A stretch of DNA of 64,000 bases, taken from Octopus sinensis (taxonomy: Eukaryota). Below are positions 38,685 to 50,784 of this stretch, in pieces (positions within the stretch are counted from its first letter, which is position 1; every line of letters begins with the position of its first letter). The position numbers and the translations under genes are program-made. The stretch covers positions 8,928,001 through 8,992,000 of the forward strand of contig NC_043017.1 of assembly GCF_006345805.1 (NCBI RefSeq). The letters are read 5' to 3'. The notes beneath the pieces are model-generated. The model was not told the DNA's origin. It saw only the letters and a program-made list of their open reading frames with translations, and did not search any database.

Positions 38685-39590
38685 CCCTTAAAATATTTTT
38701 GTGGGTCGCCAATTTATTATTTTGTTGCTTGGACCCCTAGAAATCTGATATGAACCTTTAAGGGCTATATCTATCCCGTTTGAGAACTACTGATCTGAAG
38801 CAAAATTTTTTCAGAGGCCCTTAAAATATTTTAGTGGGTCGCCAATTTATTATTTTGTTGCTTGGACCCCTAGAAATCTGATATGAACCTTTAAGGGCTA
38901 TATCTATCCCGTTTGAGAACTACTGATCTGAAGCAAAATTTTTTCAGAGGCCCTTAAAATATTTTAGTGGGTCGCCAATTTATTATTTTGTTGCTTGGAC
39001 CCCTAGAAATCTGATATGAACCTTAAGGGCTATATGGATCCCGTTTGAGAACTACTGATCTGAAGCAAAATTGTTTCAGAGTCCCTTAAAATATTTTTGT
39101 GGGTCGCCAATTTATTATTTTGTTGCTTGGACCCCTAGAAATCTGATATGAACCTTTAAGGTCTATATGGATCCTTTTTGAGAACTACTGATCTGAAGCA
39201 AAATTGTTTCAGAGGCCCTTAAAATATTTGTGTGGGTCGCCAATTTAATTATTGTCGTGTAGAGCCTAAAAATCTTATATGAACCTTTAAGGGCCATATG
39301 GACCCCGTTTGAGAACTACTGATCTGAAGCAAAATTGTTTCAGAGGCCCTTAAAATATTTTTGTGGGTCGCCAATTTATTATTTTGTCGCGTGAACCCCT
39401 AAAAATCTTATATGAACCTTTAAGGCTCATATGGACCCCGTTTCAGAACCACTGGTCTGAAGAAAATTTTTTCAGAAGCCCTTAAAATACTATTGTGGAT
39501 CCCCAATTTACTATTTTGTAGTGTGGACTGCCAAAAATTTTATATGGACCCTCGTGGGCCATATAGACCTGGGTCGAGACTCACTGCTTT
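38685..39590. repeat. Tandem array of 7 units of ~133 bp just upstream of IMP3
   Basis: Unit starts (CCCTTAAAATA) at 38685, 38818, 38951, 39083, 39216, 39347 and 39479. Confidence 0.95.
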
Positions 39591-39639
39591 AAATCATCGA
39601 AGACACCAATGGAATTATTACCGAAATACCTAAGACACT

Positions 39640-39794
39640 GCTCAATCGGTTACTTGTATTAAGAGTTTTTACGACAGTCGCTTAGCCGAACATATATTTC
39701 CGTTTCCGATATAGTAAACTTCCTGTTAGAAGTCGCCGTGGCTTGTTTCTTTCGGTGAATGATTCGAAAGAAAGATTAATTTAACTGTTTAAAC
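39640..39794 (+). promoter_or_regulatory. Putative IMP3 promoter / 5' UTR with three ETS-core motifs
   Basis: CpG-richer unique DNA; ATTTCCGTTTCCG 39696-39708 and ACTTCCTG 39718-39725 (GGAA cores on the minus strand), directly upstream of the ATG. Confidence 0.5.
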
Positions 39795-39931
39795 ATGGTG
39801 CGAAAGCTGAAATATCATGAAAAGAAATTACTTAAGAAGGTCGACTTCATTTCTTGGGAAGTGGACGATAATTTGAAAGAAGTTAAAGTAATGAGGAGGT
39901 TCCATATTTTAAAGCGAGAAAATTTCACAAA
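39795..39931 (+). CDS. IMP3: U3 small nucleolar ribonucleoprotein IMP3, coding exon 1
   Basis: [45 protein letters not shown](K) matches the recalled N-terminus [23 protein letters not shown] of human IMP3; GTAAGT donor at 39932, phase 2. Confidence 0.95.
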
Positions 39932-39960
39932 GTAAGTTGTAAGTTTCTAAGAAGAAGAAA

Positions 39961-39970
39961 AACACGTGCG
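39961..39970 (+). promoter_or_regulatory. Extended E-box AACACGTGCG (candidate Myc/Max site) at the start of IMP3 intron 1
   Basis: CACGTG at 39963-39968, about 30 nt after the donor of a ribosome-biogenesis gene. Confidence 0.5.
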
Positions 39971-40034
39971 TTTTTTGTGTCGTCGGTCGAAAGGCACCTT
40001 GCCGTAATTATTCATTAATTCTTTTATATATATA

Positions 40035-40075
<41 letters not shown>

Positions 40076-40176
40076 TCTCTATAACATTACAAACATATAT
40101 ACACACACATTCGTGTTTGATAATATATTTATGCATGTTATATACACATATGCTTGTTATGAAATGTACACACACA

Positions 40177-40210
<34 letters not shown>

Positions 40211-40354
40211 CATACATATATATATATATGTATGTATATGTATGTATATATGTATGTATATATATATGTATGTATATATGTATGTATATATGTATGTATA
40301 TATATATATATATATATGTATGTATATATGTATGTATATATATATATATGTATG

Positions 40355-40433
<79 letters not shown>

Positions 40434-40765
40434 GTTTATATATATATATATATATATGTATGTATATATATATATATATACATAAATGTGTACTTTTCAT
40501 AACAAGCATATGTGTATATAACATGCATAAATATATTATCAAACACGAATGTATGTGTGTGTGTGTATATATGTTTGTAATGTTATAGAGACTAACACAC
40601 ACATATATAAGAAGGGAGTTGGGCTACACAAGTATGTTCCAGTCCAACTCCCTTCCTCAGTCTCCGGAAAAATTGACGTTTTTTTAATGAAATTTTCAAA
40701 CAGATGTTTTCCAGATGGTACAGATTACGATTATATCGGAAATTATTGTGGGGAAAAATATTTTC

Positions 40766-41344
40766 GGTTAATATCTAGATCCGCACCCGGTGGAAAAAAT
40801 GGAAACGCAAGTGTGTAACAGTTGTAAGGCATCGTATATTGACGTAATAAGACGGAAAAAAAGGGCGCTGACGAACATGGGTGGGCGAGGGGGGGGGGCG
40901 GGGGGGAGGGGGGTTGGGGGGGGTTTGGAAATTCCGGATCAACCTGGAATCTAAATGTTAAGAGGTGTAAGGCATCGTATATTGAAGGAATATGACGAAA
41001 AAAAAGCGCGCTGATAAACGGGGGGGGGGTGGAGGGCGCTCGGAAAATTCCCAGGATCAACCGTAGAGGATCCACGCCCAGGTGGCAAAAATGGAAAAAA
41101 ATATGTGTAAGAGGTTTATCAGCGCGCTTTTTTTTCGTCATATTCCTTCAATATACGATGCCTTACACCTCTTACACATTTTAGATTCCAGGTTGATCCT
41201 GGGAATTTTCCTCCCCCCCCCTCGCCCACCCATGTTCGTCAGCGCCCTTTTTTTCCGTCTTATTACGTCAATATACGATGCCTTACAACTGTTACACACT
41301 TGCGTTTCCATTTTTTCCACCGGGTGCGGATCTAGATATTAACC
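40766..41344. mobile_element. Fold-back non-autonomous DNA transposon (Merlin- or MULE-like), long TIRs, 8-bp TSD
   Basis: TSD ATATTTTC at 40758-40765 and 41345-41352; outer 124 bp of the arms are perfect reverse complements starting GGTTAATATCTAGATCC; arms extend to about 245 bp. Confidence 0.85.
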
Positions 41345-41377
41345 ATATTTTCTTTGTAGTTATACCAATAAGATAAC

Positions 41378-41915
41378 TTCTTTATCTTTTTTACTTGTTT
41401 CAGTCAGTTGACTGCGGCCATGCTGGAGCACCGCCTTTAGTCGAGCAACTCGACCCCGGGACTTATTCTTTGTAAGCCCAGTACTTATTCTACCGGTCTC
41501 TTTTGCCGAACCGCTAAGTGACGGGGACATAAACACACCAGCATCGGTTGTCAAGCAATGCTAGGGGGACAAACACAGACACACAAACATACACGCACAC
41601 ACACACATATATATACAGGGTGTCCCCAAAAAATGTATACACATAGTGGTTCGGCAAAAGTGAACGATAGAATAAGTACTAGGCTTACAAAGAATAACAA
41701 ATTTAGAATTATTTAAGGTGTGTATACATTTTTTTGGGACACCCTGTATATATACATATGTACGACGAACTTCTTTCAGTTTCCGTCTACCAAATCCACT
41801 CACAAGGCTTTGGTCGGCCTGAGGCTATAGTAGAAGACACTTGCCCAAGGTGCCATGCAGTGAGGCCGAACCGGGAACCATGTGGTTGGTAAGCAAGCTA
41901 TTTACCACAGAGCCA
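41378..41915 (-). mobile_element. SINE family A, near full length, interrupted by a MITE
   Basis: Reverse complement of the family A consensus. Confidence 0.85.
41616..41746. mobile_element. Tc1/mariner-type MITE (131 bp, TA TSD) carrying a SINE fragment
   Basis: 28-bp TIR CAGGGTGTCCCCAAAAAATGTATACACA with one mismatch, flanked by TA. Confidence 0.88.
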
Positions 41916-44142
41916 CTCCTGCGCCAACCTATTTATCTATCTATCTCTTGTTCTACAAAGTACAGAATAACAACACCGGTTTCATGGCACGAGAGTACCC
42001 CATACATACGTTATCCATTCCAGTGTGTATATATTTATGCATTTATAGACTTCAAAGTCAACACTGATCCCTGTTCGAATACAAGGCAACAACAAATAGT
42101 AACTAACAAACGTAACTAAAGTGTGTATATTTCTTAAACTTCATCCTGTTCGACTTAGGTTTGAAGATATTTCCGATTACAGAAGTGGGGAGCCGAAGTT
42201 TGTCGTTAAATGAAACCCTATTCATTCGTGGAAACCCTATTTTGCATGAAACTGGCTGTGGAGCTTCTATTATAGCTTCCAACCAATCAAAAAGCTTTGC
42301 GAGTGGATTTGGTAGATGGAAACTGAAAGAATCCTGGTTTGTATGTGTGTGTACTTGATGGAATAAGTACCTGGCTTAAAAAATAAGTACTGGGGTCGAT
42401 TGATTCGACTACAAATTCTTCAAGGTGGTGCCCCAGCATGGCCAGTCTAATACTGAAACAAAATGAAAGGTGAAAGGAAAAAAGATCAACCACATGGTTC
42501 TGGGTTCAGTCCCACTGCGTAGCACCTTGGGCAAGTGTCTTCTATAGCCTGAAGCTAACCAAAGCCTTATGAGTGGATTTGGTACACGGAAACTGAAAGA
42601 AGCCCATCATATATATATATATATATGTATATATGTGTGTGTGTGTGTTTGTATGTCTGTTTGTCCCCCCAACATCGCTTGTTTACGTCTCCATAACTTA
42701 GTGGTTTGGCAAAAGAGACTGATAGAATAAATCCTGGGGTAAATTTGCTTGACTAAAGGCGGTGCTCCAGCATGGCTGCAGTCAGATACCTTTCGATCGT
42801 TGGGCAACATGCCATGCTTGAGGAGAACATGGTCAATGCCAGCCCTCTTGCCCTGACTGGCTCCTGTGCCAGTGGCATGTAAAAAGTACCATCCAATCAT
42901 GGCTGATGTCAGTGCCGCCTGACTGGCTCCCATACCAGTGGCACGTAAAAAGCACCCACTTCACTCTCGGAGTGTTTGGAGTTAGGAAGGGTATCCAGCT
43001 GTAGAAACATTGCCAGGTCAGATTGGAGCCTGGTGCAACCATCTGGTTTGCCAGTCTCCAGTCAAACCATGCCAGCATGGAAAGCGGACGTTAAACGATG
43101 ATGATGATATATATATATCTATATATATTTATATATATAAGACTTTGGTTGGGCCAAGGAGCTACATAGTGGGACTGAACTTAGAACCATGTGGTTGGGA
43201 AGCAAGCTTCTTACCACACAGCCATATATATCTGTGTGTGTGTATGTATACACTTAGATAATTTTAATGAGAAGAAATGTTAAAAAAAGTGCCTCAAGGG
43301 CAAAGAGTTTCATGCATGACTATGCATGACACTCTTAACTTTTGAGATACTCTTGTAACTTTTACTCCAATTAAAAAGTATATGGTGTGTGTGTGTGTGT
43401 ACATATATATATATGTATAAGAAAAATAAGGATGAAGTTATCTGTAACTTGATACAATAAAGTGTTCCCTAAGGGTCCATTGTAGTTGAGCATCTATATG
43501 CATTTGGAACGTCTATCATAGGGCTCCAAATAGCTATAATGCTTAAACGTGCATAGGAACTTTGGTATTCACTTGCGTTTTTCCTTATTTTCCCTATATT
43601 TGTTCTGCAGCTCATGGCTGGTAATACTACTCAGTATAGTAGCTAATTAACGACTTTGCAGAAAGCCGACTGGATTATGATAATCTACATGGAGCTCTGA
43701 ACACAACGGTGGTAGTTGTACATATAATTTCTACTTACATATATATATATCATCATCATCATCATTTAGTGCCTGTTTTCCCTACTGGCATGAGTTGGAT
43801 GATTTGACTGGCTCCAGTTTAATTTGTTTTGGTTTCCACGGCTGGATGCCTCTCCCTAACGCCAACCACTCTGAGAGTGTAATGGGTACCTTTTATGTGT
43901 CATTGGCACTGGCTTGATGTGTCTTAAACACAGCTGATCACTGTATTGTTCCTGGCTTTGGGTACAAGAAAATACAAGAATCATAGTTAATTATGATTTT
44001 ACTCAATATATTCCCCTCTTGGATTCATGCACTTATTGCAGTGGTCCTTTAGTTTTTCTGTAAAAGAACTTGGAAGGTTGGGCCTCCAACCAGGCGCTTT
44101 GCAATACCCTTAAAGCCAGGAACTCTTCAACACCCCCTTGTA

Positions 44143-44178
<36 letters not shown>

Positions 44179-45808
44179 ATACATACATACATGCATACAT
44201 ATATATACACATACACACACACACACAATACAGTAACAATGAAAACAGAGATTTGTACATCATCTTTTAATATCTGTTGTCCATGCTGGCATGGGTCAGA
44301 CAGTTTGACCAGGGCTGGTAAACTGAAAGGCTGCACTAGACTTCAGTCTGATTTGGCATGGTTTCTATGGCTGGATGCCCTTCTTAATGCCAACCACTCT
44401 GAGAGTGCAATGGGTGCAAGTTGCGTGACACCAATATCTGCCACAACTACGATTTCACTTGGTTTGATGGGTCTTCTTCTCAAGCACAGCATATTGCCGA
44501 AGGTCTCAATCACTTGTCATTGTTTCTGTGAGACCCAATGCTCGAAAGATGGTTTTACGTGCCACCGGCACAGGTAGAAGATACACGACACTGGCATCAG
44601 CCACATTACCTCTGCGAGGCCCAGTGGTTGACAGGTGCTTATTATGTGCCACCGACATAGGTGCCAGATGTCTCTGTGAGGTCCAATGTCCAAAAGGTGC
44701 TTTTTACATGCCAGATATGCAACACTGGTATTGGCCACATTGCTTCCGTGAGGCCCAACGCTCAACAGGTGTTTTTTTAATGTGCCACCAACATGAATGC
44801 ATATTTCATTATTTCTGCAGTCACAGCTTGATTTAAATTTGTCTGCATGTTTCCATTCGTAGACATCTTGCAGTAGCATCCAATTACTTTTTATTAGTCA
44901 TTAGTCAATACACCTTTATTCAAGGCCCACCCAATGCACTGATGTGATCTTCATACTCATTGCTACTGTATTGGATATAACTGGCACTCTGCCGGTTATG
45001 ATGACAAGGGTTCCAGTTGATCCAATCAATGGAACGGCCCATTCATGAAATTAACATGCAAGTGGCTGAGTACTCCTAACGTAGTTCTTGGGGAGATTCG
45101 GGATGACATACAATGCGACAAGGCTAACTCTTAGAGATACAGGTAGAACTCATTTTGCCAGGTGAGTAGACTGGAGCAATGTGGAATAAAGTGTCTTGTT
45201 CAAGAACATAACATGTCCCCAAGAATTGAACTTACATATTGGATAAATATTTATAATCCAGAGAAGGGGACCCAGGATCTACCCATCGGATGAAATTCAT
45301 TGGGATTGCTTACCTTAAGTAATTCTAGGTTCGCATTGCAACTCAATGCAGTTAGCCTTAATCTGGATTATAACTAAGTGCTTGAATGGTACCTGCCTGG
45401 GTACAGTATCCCTATCTATCCACTTTATATATATGTATATATACTGTTGTGTCTGGGGAGAGTCATTCTCTTTTTGTGTCTTATAATTTAGCACACTCAC
45501 CTATAAAATTTCCACTTATTTCCTTCTTTATTTTACCAGTGAGTCTGTTAAATTATAAGGCACTAAAAGAGAATGACTCTCTCCAGACACAACAGAATAT
45601 GCTTCAACACACGAACTCACACAAAGAATCTCGAAAACCAAATCCAAAAACAATATATATATATGTGTGTATAGAGTGTTAGGTGTGGTGTACAGAGATT
45701 AAATATTGAGAAAAAAAAAGTTGTCAGAATTTTGGAAAAAAATTTTATTTCTTCATTATTATTAGTGCTTTTGTTCGTTTCTCAAACTTGTCAAATAGAA
45801 TTTTGTGA

Positions 45809-45845
<37 letters not shown>

Positions 45846-46253
45846 TGATGGACTCTCCTGTTGAAGACAATGTATGAGTGTTCAGCTTTTTGCCGAACAA
45901 CCTGCACAAATGATTTGTTTATAGTGATCGAATGTTTGTGCTGCTCATTAAGCTCACTCTCTCCATTAAATCAGTGTTAATGAACAGGTGCATGGTGTAC
46001 AACGTGTCAGGTGTCCAAGTGATTGCAGAGCAATGTGACATGAAATGTTTTGCTCAAGAACACAACACGCTGCTTAGTCTAGGATTTGAAACCACAAACT
46101 CGCAATTGTGAGTGCAACACTCTAACCACTAGGCCATATATCCATCTGTCTATATATACACACTAATGGTGTCTTGTTTGTTTCACCAAACCTTTTTCTC
46201 TCTCTCATATATATATGTGTATGTACACACACACACACACATATAATATGAAA

Positions 46254-46478
46254 TTAACCCCGTTACCAACCTGGCTGAAACCGGCTCTGGCTCTGAGTAC
46301 AAATGTCTTGTTTCCATGAGTTTTGAATTAAAATCTTCCACCAAACCTTAGTCACAATTTATGTTCCTAACACTAGCTGAATGATGACTAAGTTATTTTA
46401 CTAAATTCTTTGTTATACTTAAAGTAATTCAAAGAAACACAGAGCATCTCAAAATAAATACAGTAACGAAGGGGTTAA
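46254..46478. mobile_element. piggyBac-type MITE, family 1
   Basis: TTAA ends; colinear with 1101-1321. Confidence 0.8.
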
Positions 46479-47218
46479 TCAAATGCAACATGCATTGCTG
46501 TCTCCTATAATAATTATTATATTTTGGTTAATACATATATACACACACTGATGCAAACAAGAAAATGTGAAATTAACATTGTCCGACAACACCTCCATAT
46601 AAAAGTGATTCTTGCCAGCAGTTAGAGAGGATGAGGAGGAGATGTGGGAGTTGATGATGATGGTGGTGGTGGAAGTTGTTGTAGCTTTTCTGTGGGTGTT
46701 GTTATCTTGGGAAAAATATTCTTTAAAAAGCTTCGAGGGGGGGGAAAGAAAGGAGAAAGAGAAACATTATCTAACAGTGAGCACCTGGAGGAAGAAGAAG
46801 AAGAAGGAGGACTTGTTGCGGAATGGTGCAGCACTTGTTTCCACAAATGTCGACACCTGAAACCGAATATTCCAAGAGATTTTCGGTAATGGAAATTAAT
46901 GAAAGATAAATATATTTGAAATAACTGAGAGGGGAACCAGAGAAACACGAGACGGATTAGTCGGATGTTGTTGTTGTTAAGATTAATAATATTGCTGTTG
47001 CTATTATTACTGTATATTTTTTTTAATCATCATCATTATTATTGTTAGTATTATTGTTGTTGTTGTTATGCTACAAAGATAATAACTTTGAGACTGATAT
47101 AAAAGGATTAGGTTTTATTGTAAACAGGAACGAAGAAAGACACAGATTACTGATATGGTGTGTATATATTGCATTAGGTAATGTGTGTGTGTGTATATAT
47201 CTACACACACACATGCAT

Positions 47219-47580
47219 ATATCATCATCATCGTTTAACGTCCGTTTTCCATGCTGGCATGGGTTGGACAGTTTGGCTGTGGACTGGCAAGCCAGAAGAC
47301 TGCACCAGGCTCCTATCTGATCTGGCAAGATTTCTACAGCTGGATGCCCTTCCTAACACCAACCACTCCGAGAGTGTAGTGGGTGATTTTTTATGTGCCA
47401 CCAGCATGGGAGCCAGTTAGGCGGTCCTTGCATTGGCCATGTTTGGATGGTGCTTTTTACATTCCACTGGCACAGGAGCAGGTCTGGGGGCACTGGCATT
47501 GGCTGTGTTTGGATAGAGCTTTTTATATGTCACCGGCAAGGCAGCCCTAGTATCGACCCTGTTTGGATGGTGCTTTTCTT
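47219..47580 (-). mobile_element. RTE 3' UTR copy
   Basis: (CAT)n tail and family body. Confidence 0.8.
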
Positions 47581-47599
47581 ATATATAGATATATATACA

Positions 47600-47955
47600 T
47601 GTAAAAGCACCATGCGTTCGTGTCCGTTGCCAGCCTCGCCTGGCCCCCGTGCCGGTGGCACGTAAAAGCACCATCCGCTCGCGTCCGTTGCCAGCCTCGC
47701 TTGGCCCCCGTGCCGGTGGCACGTAAAAGCACCATCCGTTCGTGGCCGTTTGCCAGCTCCGTCTGGCACCTGTGCGGGTGGCACATAAAAAGCACCCACT
47801 ACACTCACGGAGTGGTTGGCGTTAGGAAGGGCATCCAGCCGTAGAAACACTGCCAGATCTGACTGGGCCTGATGTGGCCTTCCGGCTTCACAGACCCCAG
47901 TTGAACCGTTCAACCCATGCTAGCATGGAAAACAGACGCTAAATGATGATGATGA
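47600..47955 (+). mobile_element. RTE 3' UTR copy, inverted relative to 47219
   Basis: (ATG)n tail at about 47943-47955; internal tandem units. Confidence 0.8.
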
Positions 47956-49829
47956 CACACACACACACAGGACACGCACATACATATATATGTAAATATA
48001 GTTGTAAGTGGAGGTATAGATGTATGGATTCCGAGTCTGTTTTGTTATCACTTTGTGTGTGTGTGTTATTGTTATAATGTGAGATCCTTGTCCACTTCAT
48101 ATGTAATTGTTGGCACTGTAATATTCTAATATGTTGTGGGGCTATTGTGTGTCTTATCGTTGATTCATCAATTGTGCCATCACTGTTAGCTCCACAAGAC
48201 ACTGACTTTGAAACATCTTCCTCATCAGTAACTCAAACTTGTATATATATCATCTAAGTGAGACTGACTACAACTGAGAACTCGTACAACGACTCTACTA
48301 CCACTGACTCCCTACAACGACTGACTGTCTGATTTTGTAGTGGCTGGGTCATTCTGCCCTTCACATGAAAGCATTGAACTATCATACAAGCAATAATGTT
48401 AGTTGAGATTCCTTGCCAACCTGTCATCCACAATCTCTGCTTTCAGAGACAAGTTGTATAAAAAACAAATCCTTTACTTGGAAAAACAGGTGAGGGTTAG
48501 TGACAGGAAGGACATCCAGTTGTGAAATAGTACCCCTCATTGAATAATTAATAATTCCGAGGTTCTGCTTACTAGTAAACATATGTAGCCTGGATTTTAC
48601 CTGCTCCGTTCCCTAAATTTGGATTTTTATTTGCATATGAATATATACATACAGATATTTTAATGTTTCGTTTTGGCATACTTATTATACTAATAACCTG
48701 TCATTAGAACTCAATATATATATATATATATCCCTCAGAATAAAGTGTTAGTTGGGTATAGAGTGTAATATGAGATTAAATAAATGACAAAGGAACTGGA
48801 AATTAGGCACAAGGTTTCATTAGCTTAGTTTCTGCTATAAAATGTTGTGCATTGCACACTGCATCTTGTAGCAGAAACAGCTGTAAGCTAATGGAATGCA
48901 TTGTATAATTTCCTGTTGGCTGTCGTTTATTTAATTACACACACACGTTACTTGCTGACCTCCCTGCTGTGTGTGCCACATAAAAAGCACCCAATAGACT
49001 CTATAAAGTGGCTGTTGTTAGGAAGAGCATTCATCCATAGAAACTGTGCCAAAGCATACAGCAGGGATTGGTGCAGTTGCTGAGAATCTGTCCAACCCAT
49101 GCCAGTATGGTAAACAGGCATCGAAAAGTGATGATGATGTCGGTAATTGTGTGGGTGGGTGTGTGTTTGTGTCTCCTTTTTACCTTACTTCATCATCATC
49201 GTCATTGTTTAACATCTGCCTTCCATGCTGGCATGGGTTGGACTGTTTGACAGGAGCTGGCCAGGCAGCAGGCTGTACCATGTTTCTGTATCTGTTTTGG
49301 CAGAGTTTTTATGGTTTGATGCCCTTCCTAACACCAACCACCACTGCAGAGTGGACTGATTGCTTTTTACTTAGGGCCAGCACAGGTGAGGTTAGTTTTA
49401 GCATAGTTTTTACAGCTGGATGCCCTTCCAAATGCCAACCACTTCACAGTGTGGACTGGATGCTTATTTACATGGCACCAGCACTGGCAGGGTCACCAAA
49501 TAACCTGCAAGGCAAGGAATCTTTGAGAGGGGAGGGGGCATTGGAGGAGGTGGTCTTGTGCCAGATGAAACAAAAACAGGTGTTTTGCTGTGGAGGAGGT
49601 ACATGGTTACCTGACCAGTTGTAAATGAATGGCATTGTTCTGTGGGGAAAATGCCTGATAACTGAGAGATTGTCTGTGTCCCTACCCCCACTATTGCTTG
49701 ACAGCCGGTGTAGGTTTGTTTACGCTTTCCGTAACTTAGCAGTTAGGCAAAAGAGATTGATAGAATAAGTAACAGATTTAATTTTTTAAAAATTAGTACT
49801 GGAGTTCATTTGTTTCACTTACACTCTTC

Positions 49830-50251
49830 GGATCTTTTCGGTTTGAACGGCAGTTTTTAACATAATTTCTTGGTAGCTAAGAAATTTTAAACTTCGTATA
49901 CTGGTAGAATGTGTTTATAAAACAGCTTTTTCTCTTGGCTTTACTGAGAAAATTCTATAGTTTGTAAGATATTTGTTGTTTTTTTTTCTTCATTTTCTGC
50001 AATTTCAACCAATCACTGACGTCTATTGAGCTAAAAATCATTCTGTGCCGTATGAATATGTCCCTCGTTTAAGAAACAGATTGGGTTTATTTACATTTGT
50101 GAAGAAAAAAAGATACCCTTCCCCCTAACCCTAACTAACCCTCACCCTAAAACAGATTGAAATGCAATAGATCGATATTAGGGTCATAATTATGGGTGAG
50201 AATTTCATATGACACCGCTAGAAAAAACTGCTGTTCAAACGGAAAAGATCC
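49830..50251. mobile_element. MITE with GG-terminal 29-bp TIRs, 8-bp TSD and internal telomere-like repeats (Merlin-like)
   Basis: TSD CACTCTTC at 49822-49829 and 50252-50259; TIR GGATCTTTTCGGTTTGAACGGCAGTTTTT with 2 mismatches; CCCTAA-type repeats at 50123-50150. Confidence 0.85.
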
Positions 50252-50676
50252 CACTCTTCTAATTTTATTTCATTTTCAAACTTTATCAAAATATTAAATA
50301 TCTGAGATGAACTGTTGTTAAAAAGATAACAAATGATGTAATGTGCTGCCAACCTCAAGTTCAGACGAAGTGTGAGTGTATGCATGTATGTTTGACCTCG
50401 TGGTTTTAGTTTCAGTGCCCCAGTATGGCTGCTATCCAATGACTGAAACCAGTGAAAGGTTAAAACATAGAGACAGTGCATTTCACCACAAATTCAGTAA
50501 AACGAAAGAGTTAATTTCATTCGGTGTGTTTGCCATATCGTGTGCATTAGCACTTAATTCACATAGTTCAGTGCATAGTTGTTAAACAACACGGTGCAAC
50601 CGATGGGTTAACATGTAATTTATTTTCGTCTGTAGTTTCTTAACAGCTCTCATGTTGCTTCAAATTTATTTATCAG

Positions 50677-50784
50677 GTATAAAGGTTTATCGCGTGACAT
50701 CCGAGAACTGGCAAGGAAAATCAAGGAACTTGATCCGAAAGATGGGTATCGTGCAGAAGCAACATCCAGATTATTAGAAAAATT
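50677..50784 (+). CDS. IMP3: IMP3 coding exon 2
   Basis: TTTATCAG acceptor, GTGAGT donor; (K)YKGLSRDIRELARKIKELDPKDGYRAEATSRLLEK(L) matches the recalled human YNQLSRAVRELARRLRDL...ALLDKL; phase matches exon 1. Confidence 0.95.

Noticed and set aside
43600-43665. TTCTGCA/TGCAGAA stem enclosing a hairpin, reminiscent of the hammerhead family
   Set aside because: Neither CTGANGA nor GAAAC is present; too degenerate to support
47990-48230. Protein-like minus-strand frame (DEEDVSKSVSCGANSDG...)
   Set aside because: No credible splice acceptor, an in-frame stop just upstream, and no recognisable homology
48655-48720. Minus-strand CTAATGA...GAAAC hammerhead-like spacing
   Set aside because: Core mutated and no convincing stem I or stem III
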